Part shown: piece after piece, positions 51,141 through 61,120 of the stretch
Numbering within the stretch: the stretch's first letter is position 1
Layout: every line of letters begins with the position of its first letter
Origin: an uncultured bacterium
GTDB lineage: Bacteria; Patescibacteriota; Minisyncoccia; Phycocordibacterales; UBA11359
Length of the DNA stretch: 64,000 nt
Assembly: GCA_903831815.1 (NCBI GenBank)
Contig: CAIKZC010000005.1
Coordinates: 69 to 64,068, forward strand
Reading direction: 5' to 3'
Position numbers and translations under genes: made by a program
The notes under the pieces: model-generated
Seen by the model: the letters and a program-made list of their open reading frames with translations, nothing else
What the model was told of the DNA's origin: nothing
Databases searched by the model: none

Positions 51141-54100
51141 ATGACAGTTTCGATTGCGTTTAAGGAGCGCTATGCAAATCTCAATAATGAGCAGAAAAAG
51201 GCCGTAGACGCCATTGAGGGGTCTTTAATGGTGGTTGCAGGACCGGGTTCGGGAAAGACCGAGATCTTGAGTTTGCGTGTTGCGAACATTTTGAATAAAA
51301 CGCAGGTGCGACCAAATAATATTTTGTGTCTAACTTTTACCGATTTGGCTGCTATCAATATGCGTAAGCGTTTGACACCACTTCTTGGCGTTGATGCGTA
51401 TCGTGTGGCGATTCATACTTTTCACAGTTTTTGCGTTGATATAATCGATCGCTTTCCGGAATATTTTTATCACGGAGCAACATTTGTGGCGGCTGATGAA
51501 TTGGTGCAAATTCAGATGTTAGAAGAGATCATCAATAGTTTGCCGTACGATAATCCGTTGAAGGCCGCGCACTCGGAAGAAGGTTTTGTTTATCTTAAAG
51601 ATGCAAAGTTTGCTATCGGAAATTTGAAAAAAGCCGGTTTGACGCCGGAGGAATTTTCAAAAATATTGGATCATAATGAAGAATCTTTCGCTTACATCAA
51701 TCCGTCGTTGGAAGAAGTTTTTGCGCCGCGTGTTTCCAAAGAAACGATTGTGGCGGTGGAGGGTTTGGTAAAAAAGTTAAAAGAAAAACACGCGGCGCTG
51801 ATTAAGAAAAATCCGTTTCCGGTACCACACTTGCAATCTTTTTTGCAAAGTTTGATCGATTCACTGGAGTTGCTTATAGAAAGAGCGGAAAACGCCGAGA
51901 AACCGACCTCATTATTTTCAGAATGGAAATCGGATCATTTGGAGAAAAGCACTAGCGGAAAGTTGGTTTGCAAGGAAACTAACCGGATAGAAAAATTGCG
52001 CGCCTTGGCGGATCTTTATGCCAAATATAAAGAATTAATGTGGAAGCGCGGATACTATGATTTTGACGATATGATTTTGGATGTCATGTTGACGCTCGAG
52101 AAAAATGAAACTTTGCGATATCAAATTCAAGAGCAATTCCAGTATATTTTGGTCGACGAATTTCAAGATACCAACGACGGACAGATGAGACTTTTGCGAG
52201 CGATTACTGACGCGCCGCAAAATGAAGGACGACCGAACATTATGGTGGTTGGTGATGATGATCAGGCTATTTACAAATTTCAAGGCGCGGAAATTTCCAA
52301 TATTATAAATTTTAGTCGCTTGTACAAAGATGTGAAAATCGTGACGATGGTTCAGAACTATCGTTCGACTCAAACGATATTGGACTTGGCTCAGCACGTG
52401 ATCCGCAAAGGTTCGGAGAGGTTGGAAACTATTTTGCCGGACATCGAAAAAACTTTGACTGCGCAGAACAAAAAGTTGACGAAAGGCAGGATTATAAATA
52501 AAAATTTGGCATCGCGTGAAGAAGAATATCATTATGTGGCTAATGAGATAAAACGGCTGATTGGAACCGGTATAGAGTCATCGGAAATTGCCGTGATTTC
52601 CCGTAAACACGACTTGTTGGAGTCTATTGTGCCTCATTTACACAAAGCCGGTGTACCGGTGAGGTACGAACGTCAGCAGGATGTTTTGCATGAACCTCAT
52701 ATTCATCAGATCATTCAAATTGCGCGTTTTGCCGCTTCCTATGCTCGTAAAGATGTCGAAGAAGCTGATTATTTATTGCCGGAGATTTTGAGTTATCCGT
52801 TTTGGAATTTGGATAGATTGGATATTTGGAATGTCTCGATCGCGGCGAAAGAAAGTTCCGACAAAACACTTTGGCTTTCGGCCATGAGAAAGAGCGAGAA
52901 TAAGCATGTGCGTGAAATCGCTGATTTCTTACTGGATCTTTCAGTGCGCTCATTATCTGAACCACTCGAATATATTGTGGACAGAATTATTGGAGCGCAT
53001 ATTAAAACTTTGAATTCTGATGATGATGCGGATGAGAATGGAAATATTTCCGAGCTCGCAGTAGGGAATCCGTTTGGTCGACTAGAAGGTGATACTAAAA
53101 CTTTCCGTAGTCCGTTCAAGAGTTTTTATTTCAGTAAGGAGCGATTTGAAAAGCAAAAAGGGAATTATCTGACCTTTCTTTCCAGTTTGCGTGTATTTAT
53201 GTACGCTTTGCGTGAATATAAAAAAGGCGAAATGCTTTCCATTTCCGACTTGGTTTCGTATGTCGATACTCATGAAAAAAATGGATTGTTGGTAACTGAC
53301 AATAGTCCATATATTTCGGCTATCTCGGCAGTTTCTTTGCTTTCGGCCCATAAAGCCAAAGGATTGGAATTTAAAGTTGTTTTTGTGCTGGCTTGTCAGG
53401 ATTCGGTGTGGATGGCCCGCGGGCGCGGCACAAAACTCCCGATGCCAAACAACCTGCCGATCGCGCCCGCGGGCGACACATTCGATGATAAATTGAGATT
53501 ATTTTTCGTCGCACTGACGAGAGCAAAAGAATATTTGTATATAACTGCTGCAACAAGCGGCGACGATGGCGGCGCGGAACTTCCTTTGCAGTTTATTGCC
53601 GATGTTCCAAAGGAAATGTTTGGTCTTGAATCCGGTAGTGAAATTAAAAGTGGCAAAGTTGAAAATGAACTTGCACTTCCAAATATTGCCGACATTTTGG
53701 CAGATTCATGGCGCACCTATCATCGACCACCGACCACGATAGACGAATCGGCACTTCTTTCAACTTTGGTGGAAAATTATCAAATGAGTGTTACTCATCT
53801 CAATAATTTTTTGGATGTGACTAACGGCGGCCCGCAAAATTTCCTGGAAACCAATCTCTTGCGTTTCCCTCAAGCAAAAACAACTTCAGCTGCTTACGGT
53901 ACGGCTGTGCATGCGACGATTGAGAGGTTATATTTCGAACTTCGCGGTGAAGCAAAGGTGCCGCCACTTGCAAAAGTTCTTGGATATTTCAAGGATGTCT
54001 TGCGTAAAGAACGTTTGAGCCAACGTGAATATTCCGAACAAGAAGAGCGAGGTGTTGAAAGTTTGACGGCTTTTTACAAAGCTAAAAAAGATTCATTTAA

Positions 54101-54602
54101 AGCCGAACATCGTGTTGAAGTAAATTTCAAAACTCAAGGCGTAGTGATAGACGGTGCACATTTGACAGGCAAGATCGACAAGATCGAACAGGTTGGAGAA
54201 GACGAAAAGGGAGAAGTTCGTGGCACCTGGCGCGTACACGATTTTAAAACAGGTTCTCCTGTGCATGAGTGGAAAGGAACGACTGATTACGAAAAGGTAA
54301 AATTGTACAAATACAAACAACAAATTATTTTTTATAAATTGCTTGTTGAAAATGCCCGTGATTTTATCGGAAAACAAAAAGTCGAGAGTGGGGTAATCGA
54401 ATTTGTGGAGCCGGACGATAATGGAAACATTGTCGATCTACCATTAACGATCGAACCATCCGATGTTGAACGCACCAAAAAACTTATTTCAATCGTTTAC
54501 AAAAAGATTATCGCCTTAGATTTTCCGGATGTAACAAAATACCCTTCAACACTGAAGGGTATCGTGACTTTCGAAGATGACCTTCTCTCTAAGAAACTAT
54601 AG
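51141..54602 (+). CDS. UvrD/PcrA-family SF1 helicase with a C-terminal RecB-like PD-(D/E)xK nuclease domain (AddA-like)
   Basis: Helicase motifs I (VVAGPGSGKTE), II (VDEFQDTN) and IV (QNYRST). C-terminal nuclease motifs GKIDKIEQ, HDFKTG and QQIIFYKLL (QxxxY). Confidence 0.8.
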   Translation: MTVSIAFKERYANLNNEQKKAVDAIEGSLMVVAGPGSGKTEILSLRVANILNKTQVRPNNILCLTFTDLAAINMRKRLTPLLGVDAYRVAIHTFHSFCVDIIDRFPEYFYHGATFVAADELVQIQMLEEIINSLPYDNPLKAAHSEEGFVYLKDAKFAIGNLKKAGLTPEEFSKILDHNEESFAYINPSLEEVFAPRVSKETIVAVEGLVKKLKEKHAALIKKNPFPVPHLQSFLQSLIDSLELLIERAENAEKPTSLFSEWKSDHLEKSTSGKLVCKETNRIEKLRALADLYAKYKELMWKRGYYDFDDMILDVMLTLEKNETLRYQIQEQFQYILVDEFQDTNDGQMRLLRAITDAPQNEGRPNIMVVGDDDQAIYKFQGAEISNIINFSRLYKDVKIVTMVQNYRSTQTILDLAQHVIRKGSERLETILPDIEKTLTAQNKKLTKGRIINKNLASREEEYHYVANEIKRLIGTGIESSEIAVISRKHDLLESIVPHLHKAGVPVRYERQQDVLHEPHIHQIIQIARFAASYARKDVEEADYLLPEILSYPFWNLDRLDIWNVSIAAKESSDKTLWLSAMRKSENKHVREIADFLLDLSVRSLSEPLEYIVDRIIGAHIKTLNSDDDADENGNISELAVGNPFGRLEGDTKTFRSPFKSFYFSKERFEKQKGNYLTFLSSLRVFMYALREYKKGEMLSISDLVSYVDTHEKNGLLVTDNSPYISAISAVSLLSAHKAKGLEFKVVFVLACQDSVWMARGRGTKLPMPNNLPIAPAGDTFDDKLRLFFVALTRAKEYLYITAATSGDDGGAELPLQFIADVPKEMFGLESGSEIKSGKVENELALPNIADILADSWRTYHRPPTTIDESALLSTLVENYQMSVTHLNNFLDVTNGGPQNFLETNLLRFPQAKTTSAAYGTAVHATIERLYFELRGEAKVPPLAKVLGYFKDVLRKERLSQREYSEQEERGVESLTAFYKAKKDSFKAEHRVEVNFKTQGVVIDGAHLTGKIDKIEQVGEDEKGEVRGTWRVHDFKTGSPVHEWKGTTDYEKVKLYKYKQQIIFYKLLVENARDFIGKQKVESGVIEFVEPDDNGNIVDLPLTIEPSDVERTKKLISIVYKKIIALDFPDVTKYPSTLKGIVTFEDDLLSKKL

Positions 54603-55377
54603 CTCCGATGATTTGCTGAATAAATTCATAAGGTAGATTGCCGCTGATGACAATTTTACCATCGGTGGTCACATAACCAAGTTTGTCCGGCGTGACTTGA
54701 TATTGCATGGCCATCGTGGTAAACAGATCTTTGATTTGTTTTGTCTGATTATCACTTAGCTTGTTTTTTGGAATCAAAACTGTGAATGGAGTGCCTTGCG
54801 CGCCTGCTCCGGCAGCATCATCAACGCTCGCATTTACGTTTGCGGTGAAAGTTCCGCTATCCAAACAAGTTTGAAAAGCTGTTTTATCCACACCAAAACT
54901 TGCTGCTAAGATCGGCAATTGCGCCGCATCTAAATTGTTGTTGCTAGGTGTTACGGTATAAATTTTCTGCAGATATTTCCAGAATACATCGTTACCGGCT
55001 AATTTATTCACACACTCAGTAGCCTCAGCTTCCTTCGGAGATTTTGGATGAAGTTGAACGATTGGATATTGTCGATAGACCCAGGCGACGGTACTGTCTT
55101 TGCCGTAAGTGTCGATAATTTTGTTTAGTGTTGTATTAAACAATTTACAATACGGGCATTCGGTGTCCGAATATTCAACCATCAGTACCTTGGCGTTAGG
55201 ATTACCTAAAATATGATCATTAGACGTAATTGGTTTGATGTTGGCCGTTTTTGGGGTATTCACTGATTGATCTACAGGATTTTGCGTTCCGACAGGTTTG
55301 TTGGTGTAAATAACAGCTCCGCCAATTAGCAATCCGGCTATGATTATTGAGATTGGTACGGTAAGTTTGTTTTCCAT
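54589..55377 (-). CDS. DsbA-family thiol-disulfide oxidoreductase, membrane-anchored
   Basis: N-terminal TM segment and SDTECPYCKLF (CPYC active site). Confidence 0.75.
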   Translation of the reverse strand: MENKLTVPISIIIAGLLIGGAVIYTNKPVGTQNPVDQSVNTPKTANIKPITSNDHILGNPNAKVLMVEYSDTECPYCKLFNTTLNKIIDTYGKDSTVAWVYRQYPIVQLHPKSPKEAEATECVNKLAGNDVFWKYLQKIYTVTPSNNNLDAAQLPILAASFGVDKTAFQTCLDSGTFTANVNASVDDAAGAGAQGTPFTVLIPKNKLSDNQTKQIKDLFTTMAMQYQVTPDKLGYVTTDGKIVISGNLPYEFIQQIIGAIVS

Positions 55378-55430
55378 AATTTATGATAATTGATAATTAA
55401 AATACAACTCGTATTATACCTTAAAGGACC

Positions 55431-56015
55431 CTAAAACGGCAAAGTGTAAGTCATGGTTGAATGTTCGATATGTTCCCAATCTTTTGGATCAAGTTTTATT
55501 TCTTGGATCGGCCCCTGTCCCTCTTTGTATAAAAGTTTTTTATTTTTCATCGCGTAATCGTAAATGTCTTTGGTGATACGTACGTCTTCGATGCAGTATT
55601 TGGCAATCTCGTCGATTTTGCCTTCTTTCCACCAGCGGACGGCCTCCAAACCGTGACTGATTTTGTTTCGACCGAGTGTACCGGCGGCAACATAATCAAG
55701 TTTAATACGTCGTCCAAGTGTTGCTCGAATTTCTTTCATAATATCTAGACTTTTTATTCTAGTCAGATCGCCGGGGTAATATTTTGCGAGTAACGGAATA
55801 TCAAAATGATCAGAATTGTAACCAATCAGCATATCCGCTCTTTCCAAAATCGGCCAAAGTTTTGAAAATTGTTCCTGCGTGAATGATTGATATGCGTCAG
55901 TTTCTGAATCGTAAATAGCCACAACTGAAATCTCAAGGTCAGCCGGGTTATTTGAACCAACTTCTTCAAAAATATTTCGCGTTTCAACATCAAAAACAAC
56001 TTTTCGAATGGACAT
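55431..56015 (-). CDS. DEDD-family 3'-5' exonuclease (DEDDy type)
   Basis: Exo I FDVETRN, Exo II YNSDHFDIPLL, Exo III YCIEDVRITKDIYDY. Confidence 0.65.
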   Translation of the reverse strand: MSIRKVVFDVETRNIFEEVGSNNPADLEISVVAIYDSETDAYQSFTQEQFSKLWPILERADMLIGYNSDHFDIPLLAKYYPGDLTRIKSLDIMKEIRATLGRRIKLDYVAAGTLGRNKISHGLEAVRWWKEGKIDEIAKYCIEDVRITKDIYDYAMKNKKLLYKEGQGPIQEIKLDPKDWEHIEHSTMTYTLPF

Positions 56016-56024
56016 AGGCAGATA

Positions 56025-57263
56025 TTATAGCAGGGTTTTCAAAGAGTCTGAAATTTCAGTCGCTTTCAAGATTTTTTCGATGCCATCGGCTAAATTTTTG
56101 ATTCGATAAGCGCCACTTTTTACTTCCTCGGCGCCGACGGCCGTCACAAACGGAATTTTTTGCCGATCGGCAATTTTAATTTGATCGCCAAGTTTCTTTT
56201 GTGAAATATCAAGAACGACATCGGTACCATTGCGACGTAAAGTTGCCGCCAACATTTCGGCACTTTCTCGGCAAGTCTCATCTTGAATAGCGATGTAAAG
56301 CTGTGCGGAAGGTTTATATGTCGGCAAAAGTCCATGTGTTTCCAAAAAGTCTCGAATTGTTACGTCACCGGCACCGAATCCAACAGCCGGAATTTTATCG
56401 CCATCAAAAAGACTGGCTAAATCGTCATATCGTCCGCCACCAAATAGAGCACGACGGTTTTCTGGGTTTGTGTCATAAACTTCAAAAACAATTCCGGTGT
56501 AATAATCAAAACCGCGAACAATACTTGGATCAAAAACGATATTTTCAATATTATTTTTCTTGAGTAGGGAGATTACTTTTTCGACGTCATTGCTCGCCAC
56601 CTGACTCAGCTCAAAATTGTCGCCAGCGATAGCTTTTATTTTTTGTTGGAATTCTTCATGAGGCATTTTGCCTTTTTTGTCGATTATAAGGCGAAGTTCC
56701 TTGGCTTTTTCAGGCGTGAGATTGTATTTGGTTGCTTGCTCCTCCAACATTTTTCGACTGTTGATCCTGATCTCAAAATCACCGGCTTTAGCGCCAAAAG
56801 AAAGCATTATTTCGTGCGCGACAGCCAAAATTTCAACATCTGCCTGAATATTATCAACACCAAATAAGTCAACGTTTAACTGCCAGTGCTCGCGGGTGCG
56901 GCCACGTTGAGGCTTTTCGTATCGGAAAAGGTTAGGAATGGAATACCATCGTAAAGGAAAAACAAGTTCGCGACGTTTTGCGGCGACCATGCGAGCAACA
57001 GTTGGAGTCATTTCGGGGCGGAGTGTGACTTCACGATCACCTCGATCAGTAAAAGTGTATGTTTGTTCATTAACGATCTCTTCACCCGATTTTGCGCGAT
57101 ACAGTTCGGCAGGTTCCAAGACCGAAGCGCCATATTCCACATAACCAAACTTTTCAACCGCTTTGCGCATGCGTTCAAAAATATGTTTTTGTATAAACAT
57201 ATCTTCCGGATAAAAATCACGCACACCTTTGTAGCTTTCCGTCGAAAGTTTATTTGTTGCCAT
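56025..57263 (-). CDS. hisS: Histidyl-tRNA synthetase
   Basis: Class II motifs plus HisRS-specific GFDYYTGIVFEV and GGGRYDDL. C-terminal anticodon-binding domain. Confidence 0.9.
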   Translation of the reverse strand: MATNKLSTESYKGVRDFYPEDMFIQKHIFERMRKAVEKFGYVEYGASVLEPAELYRAKSGEEIVNEQTYTFTDRGDREVTLRPEMTPTVARMVAAKRRELVFPLRWYSIPNLFRYEKPQRGRTREHWQLNVDLFGVDNIQADVEILAVAHEIMLSFGAKAGDFEIRINSRKMLEEQATKYNLTPEKAKELRLIIDKKGKMPHEEFQQKIKAIAGDNFELSQVASNDVEKVISLLKKNNIENIVFDPSIVRGFDYYTGIVFEVYDTNPENRRALFGGGRYDDLASLFDGDKIPAVGFGAGDVTIRDFLETHGLLPTYKPSAQLYIAIQDETCRESAEMLAATLRRNGTDVVLDISQKKLGDQIKIADRQKIPFVTAVGAEEVKSGAYRIKNLADGIEKILKATEISDSLKTLL

Positions 57264-57398
57264 AATGCGTTTATTTTAACAGAAATTGAGTAATTCACAA
57301 TACATGATAATCTTGATTACCAAATTCAAATTGAGTATTTAAGTTATCCACACTTTTTCTTTTTTTGGCTATATATTTGATATAATGTACTCAATAAT

Positions 57399-58184
57399 AT
57401 GGCAAAAATCCTCGATCTTCGCAAAGATATCAATCCTCGTGTCAAAATCATCTACCGAACAATTACCAAGCGTCAACCTTGGTATGTAGAAATGACGAAA
57501 GTCTTAATTACCATAGCAGTAGTCACCACTATCGTTTGGGGAACCTCTCGTGCCGACAATCCAGGTAACACCGAAGTCAAAAACTTCAGTGCTATTGGTC
57601 TTGTATCTAATCTCTCCGACAAATCTCTTTCAATTGATCATGCTCGAAGCTCCGACAAAACCAATTCCGATAACTACAAATTCGACATTTCATCGGTGCA
57701 AAAGATTGAAACCGACGCCTACCTTGCTATGCTCTTTTCCGATATCAAGGTTGGTGACAAAGTTATCGTGCAAGGTCTACTAGATAATGGTGTTATCACT
57801 GCACGCCGCATTGTTGATTTTAGTTTCTCTTCTTCAACCGCGACAACTACTGCCACCACCACGGATGAAACTGCAACTTCAACTGCTACGACAACTGATA
57901 CAACTATCGACACAGGGACCGACACAACCATAGCAACAACTACTGACACCTTGATCTCAACATCAACCGACAACATAACTTCAATTACAACCGACGACTC
58001 GATTGCAACTTCTACTGGCAACGATTCAAATTCAAATGCTACAAGTTCAAACGACACATCAACTACTACTCCTGATCTAAACAACAACGCCGATATTTCT
58101 TCTTCAACCGAGGATGTTGTTTTACCTCCTCCGCCAATTCTTCCTGATCAAACCGATTCCACTTCGACGGAAAATAATATTTAA
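57399..58184 (+). CDS. Hypothetical membrane-anchored Thr/Asp-rich low-complexity protein
   Basis: TM segment LITIAVVTTIVWG, then TTDTT/TSTDN low-complexity repeats and a PPPP segment. Confidence 0.5.
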   Translation: MAKILDLRKDINPRVKIIYRTITKRQPWYVEMTKVLITIAVVTTIVWGTSRADNPGNTEVKNFSAIGLVSNLSDKSLSIDHARSSDKTNSDNYKFDISSVQKIETDAYLAMLFSDIKVGDKVIVQGLLDNGVITARRIVDFSFSSSTATTTATTTDETATSTATTTDTTIDTGTDTTIATTTDTLISTSTDNITSITTDDSIATSTGNDSNSNATSSNDTSTTTPDLNNNADISSSTEDVVLPPPPILPDQTDSTSTENNI

Positions 58185-58187
58185 AAA

Positions 58188-58808
58188 ATGAAATTTGGTT
58201 CACACACAAAACAATTTCTCTTTGGAATGATACTCATCATTCCTTTGTTGTTTCTTGCTAATCTCGCGCACGCTAAAGTAATCGATCCTGATCCATCAGG
58301 TACGACCGTTCTCACCAGTTGTGGCGAGTTGGCATATCCTGGAACATATCTCATCAACAGTGTCTTAACTAACACCGACAACCTTGATCCTTGTATTACC
58401 ATTACTTCTGATGACGTGATTATTGGTGGTGACGGCAGTGTTGGTTTTAATCAAGATATTTCCGCAACAGGATTATTACCTGGCGACCGAGGTTTAAATT
58501 TCACACTTCAGGATATTACTTTCTCCGGTGATGTTTCTTCACAAGGTAATGGAGAAGCCTTTGGTGGAACAATTACGTTTGGTGGAGACGCTGATCTTAG
58601 CGGTACAGCGATAGCTTCCTCAACTATATTTAATGGAAATAGTTACAACGAAGGTGACATCACAGCTTCCTCGACTATTTTTAATGGTAGTAGTTACAAT
58701 GATTCAAATGGTACTGTAAATGGTGATGCGGTTTTAATAATAATGGTAGAATCGATTGGCTTAAAACTTCTGCCCTCCAAGATGACGCTTGGCGTTCGAT
58801 TGCGATGA
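58188..58808 (+). CDS. N-terminal segment (signal peptide and beta-helix-like repeats) of a giant BNR-repeat surface protein; frame breaks near 58735-58745
   Basis: Signal peptide MKFGSHTKQFLFGMILIIPLLFLANLAHA. The downstream frame (58727 onward) is open and continues with ...AWRSIAMSADGNRMFG, which is already a BNR repeat unit. A frameshift at the AATAATAATGG run joins the two ORFs. Confidence 0.6.
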   Translation: MKFGSHTKQFLFGMILIIPLLFLANLAHAKVIDPDPSGTTVLTSCGELAYPGTYLINSVLTNTDNLDPCITITSDDVIIGGDGSVGFNQDISATGLLPGDRGLNFTLQDITFSGDVSSQGNGEAFGGTITFGGDADLSGTAIASSTIFNGNSYNEGDITASSTIFNGSSYNDSNGTVNGDAVLIIMVESIGLKLLPSKMTLGVRLR

Positions 58809-61120
58809 GCGCTGATGGTAATCGAATGTTTGGCACTAGTTACAATGGAGGAATTTTTGAATATTCGAGCACCACGGATACATGGAATCAAATGTCAGGT
58901 ATAAGTGGGCAGCATACTTTATTTTCAATTGTCTCAAATGCTGCCGGAAATAAATTGGCCGCAACTGATTATGGTGGTTCCATTTGGGTATATTCGGATT
59001 CTTCGAGAGTTTGGACTGAAGCCACTGGGACAAGTGGACAAAATTGGGATGCGATAACTTCGAACGCCGCCGGAGATCGCTTGTTTGCGACTATTGATGG
59101 CAATTCCTCGATTTGGAAGTATTCAGATTCGGTCGGTAGTTGGGCAGAAATGCCTAATACCAGTGATCAGTATGGTTGGTATGGGATTACTTCAAACTCG
59201 GCAGGCGATCGACTCTTTGCTTTTGATGCCCATAATAATATTTGGACTTATTCAGATGTTTCAGGCGTTTGGGTTCAGCCGGCAGAAACGGAAGGTCATT
59301 ATTTTGCTAATAGCATTGCTTCAAATGCCGCCGGGGATAGAGCATATGCAATAGAAGTTAATAACGGAACATCTATATGGACATATTCCAGTGGATCGGG
59401 CTGGGCGAAAGCGACATCGACGGATGGGTATGGTTGGCAATCGGTAACATCAAATGCTGCTGGTGACAAAGTGGCAGCAGTCGACGGAAGCAACGGTGCA
59501 ATTTGGACATCATCTGATTATGGTGATCACTGGACTAAATTAAGTGAAACCGATAACAATAGTTGGTGGCGAATAGTTTCGAATGCTAATGGTGAGAAAT
59601 TGGCTGCAATAGATCAGGGTCATGGTTTTGTTTGGACCCATAGCGATGGGGTTTTTGGATCTCGTTATCTAACTTACAATGCAGGTGTAATTAATGGTGA
59701 TGCGACATTTACTGCCGATTCATATTCTTGGAACTCGGGCACTGCTCCCTTTCCTCAATTGGGAGACGTTACCGGAAACATCAAATTTATTCCTTCTTCG
59801 GGAACGACGACAATAACGTTTAACATTGGAATTAAGGAAACCAATTATGCTTGCGGTGAGGATATCTGTGTCTTTGGAGACGATACGTCCAATTGGGATT
59901 TTGGCGATTTTAATTCCGTATTTAATTTCTATGGTAATAGTCAATTTTATTCGGAAATTAAAGCTAGTACTGTAGTATTCAATGATATTAGTGTCAGTAA
60001 TTCCAATGAGATCATTGCTTCTACGACAATTTTTAATGATAATTCTGTTAATTTTACAAACAATATTATTGCCTCCCAAGCAATTTTCAATGACGGATGT
60101 TCTGGTAGTGGTTCAATAACCGCAAATTCAGTAGTATTTAATGATGAGAGTGTTATTTACGGTAATATTGATGCGGAATCTGTAGTTTATAATGATCAAA
60201 GTTTCAACGGAAGTTCGGTTTATGCGTCTACGACGATATTTAATAATGGGAGTAATAATGCAGGTGAGGTCAATGCCGAGATGACAACTTTTAACGATGA
60301 AAGTCACAATGATAGTGAAATAAACGGAAACGCCACGTTTAATATATCATGGGTTGATTGGACGAACATCCCTGAAACAAATGAACACAATTGGGATTCA
60401 GTTGTCTCAAACTCTGTTGGTGACAGACTGGCTGCGACAGTATACTACGGTTCCATCTGGATGTATTCAACTTCGACTGGTGTGTGGGCAGAAGCACCGG
60501 GCACAAGTGGTCAAGGTTGGGGGACTATCGCCTCAAACTCTGTCGGAGATCGTCTGGCTGCTGTTAGTCAAGGAGGTTCCATTTGGTCATACTCAGACTC
60601 AACCGGAGTATGGACTGAGTTTCCCGGTACCGACGAGCATAATTGGCAATCCGTTACCTCAAACTCTGTCGGAGATCGTTTAGCTGCAGTAGAGTATAGG
60701 GGTTCTATCTGGATGTATTCAGACTCAGACGGTGTTTGGACCGAAGCCACCGGTACCAGCGAGCATTCTTGGTATTCTATTGTTTCAAATGCTGTCGGAG
60801 ACAGACTAGCTGCTGTTGATAGTAGTGGTTCAATCTGGACATACTCAGACTCAACAGGTGTCTGGGCTGAAATTCCTAATACCAGCGGACCTAGTTGGCA
60901 ATCCCTCACGTCTAATGCTGAAGGTGACCGATTAGCGGCAGTTGATTACAATAACGATGGTTCTATTTGGACTTCATCTGATTATGGTGATCACTGGAGT
61001 GAAGTTCCTAATACAATAGGACAGGGTGGTGGTTGGTATTCTGTTGCTTCAAATGCCGAAGGTGATCGATTGGTCGCCGGCGAGTACTCCGGTGGTTCAC
61101 TTTGGACTTCTTCTGACTAG
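58805..61120 (+). CDS. BNR/Asp-box repeat beta-propeller surface protein, middle segment, ending at an in-frame TAG
   Basis: Dozens of repeats of the form W.SITSNAAGDRLAA...SIWTYSDS.GVWTE (SxDxGxTW Asp-box). The TAG at 61118-61120 interrupts a repeat (SSD-TAG-GVTWT), and the same frame stays open to the window end. Confidence 0.7.
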   Translation: MSADGNRMFGTSYNGGIFEYSSTTDTWNQMSGISGQHTLFSIVSNAAGNKLAATDYGGSIWVYSDSSRVWTEATGTSGQNWDAITSNAAGDRLFATIDGNSSIWKYSDSVGSWAEMPNTSDQYGWYGITSNSAGDRLFAFDAHNNIWTYSDVSGVWVQPAETEGHYFANSIASNAAGDRAYAIEVNNGTSIWTYSSGSGWAKATSTDGYGWQSVTSNAAGDKVAAVDGSNGAIWTSSDYGDHWTKLSETDNNSWWRIVSNANGEKLAAIDQGHGFVWTHSDGVFGSRYLTYNAGVINGDATFTADSYSWNSGTAPFPQLGDVTGNIKFIPSSGTTTITFNIGIKETNYACGEDICVFGDDTSNWDFGDFNSVFNFYGNSQFYSEIKASTVVFNDISVSNSNEIIASTTIFNDNSVNFTNNIIASQAIFNDGCSGSGSITANSVVFNDESVIYGNIDAESVVYNDQSFNGSSVYASTTIFNNGSNNAGEVNAEMTTFNDESHNDSEINGNATFNISWVDWTNIPETNEHNWDSVVSNSVGDRLAATVYYGSIWMYSTSTGVWAEAPGTSGQGWGTIASNSVGDRLAAVSQGGSIWSYSDSTGVWTEFPGTDEHNWQSVTSNSVGDRLAAVEYRGSIWMYSDSDGVWTEATGTSEHSWYSIVSNAVGDRLAAVDSSGSIWTYSDSTGVWAEIPNTSGPSWQSLTSNAEGDRLAAVDYNNDGSIWTSSDYGDHWSEVPNTIGQGGGWYSVASNAEGDRLVAGEYSGGSLWTSSD

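Noticed and set aside
38132-57351. Replication origin (oriC) inferred from perfect DnaA boxes
   Set aside because: The boxes are single and dispersed over 19 kb, each in a different promoter region. No dnaA or dnaN and no AT-rich DUE with clustered boxes are present in the window.
61118-61120. Genetic-code change making TAG a sense codon
   Set aside because: TAG clearly terminates rpmE (immediately followed by the prfA ATG), tsf and rpoD. No pyl genes are present. A local error, a pseudogene or readthrough is more likely.
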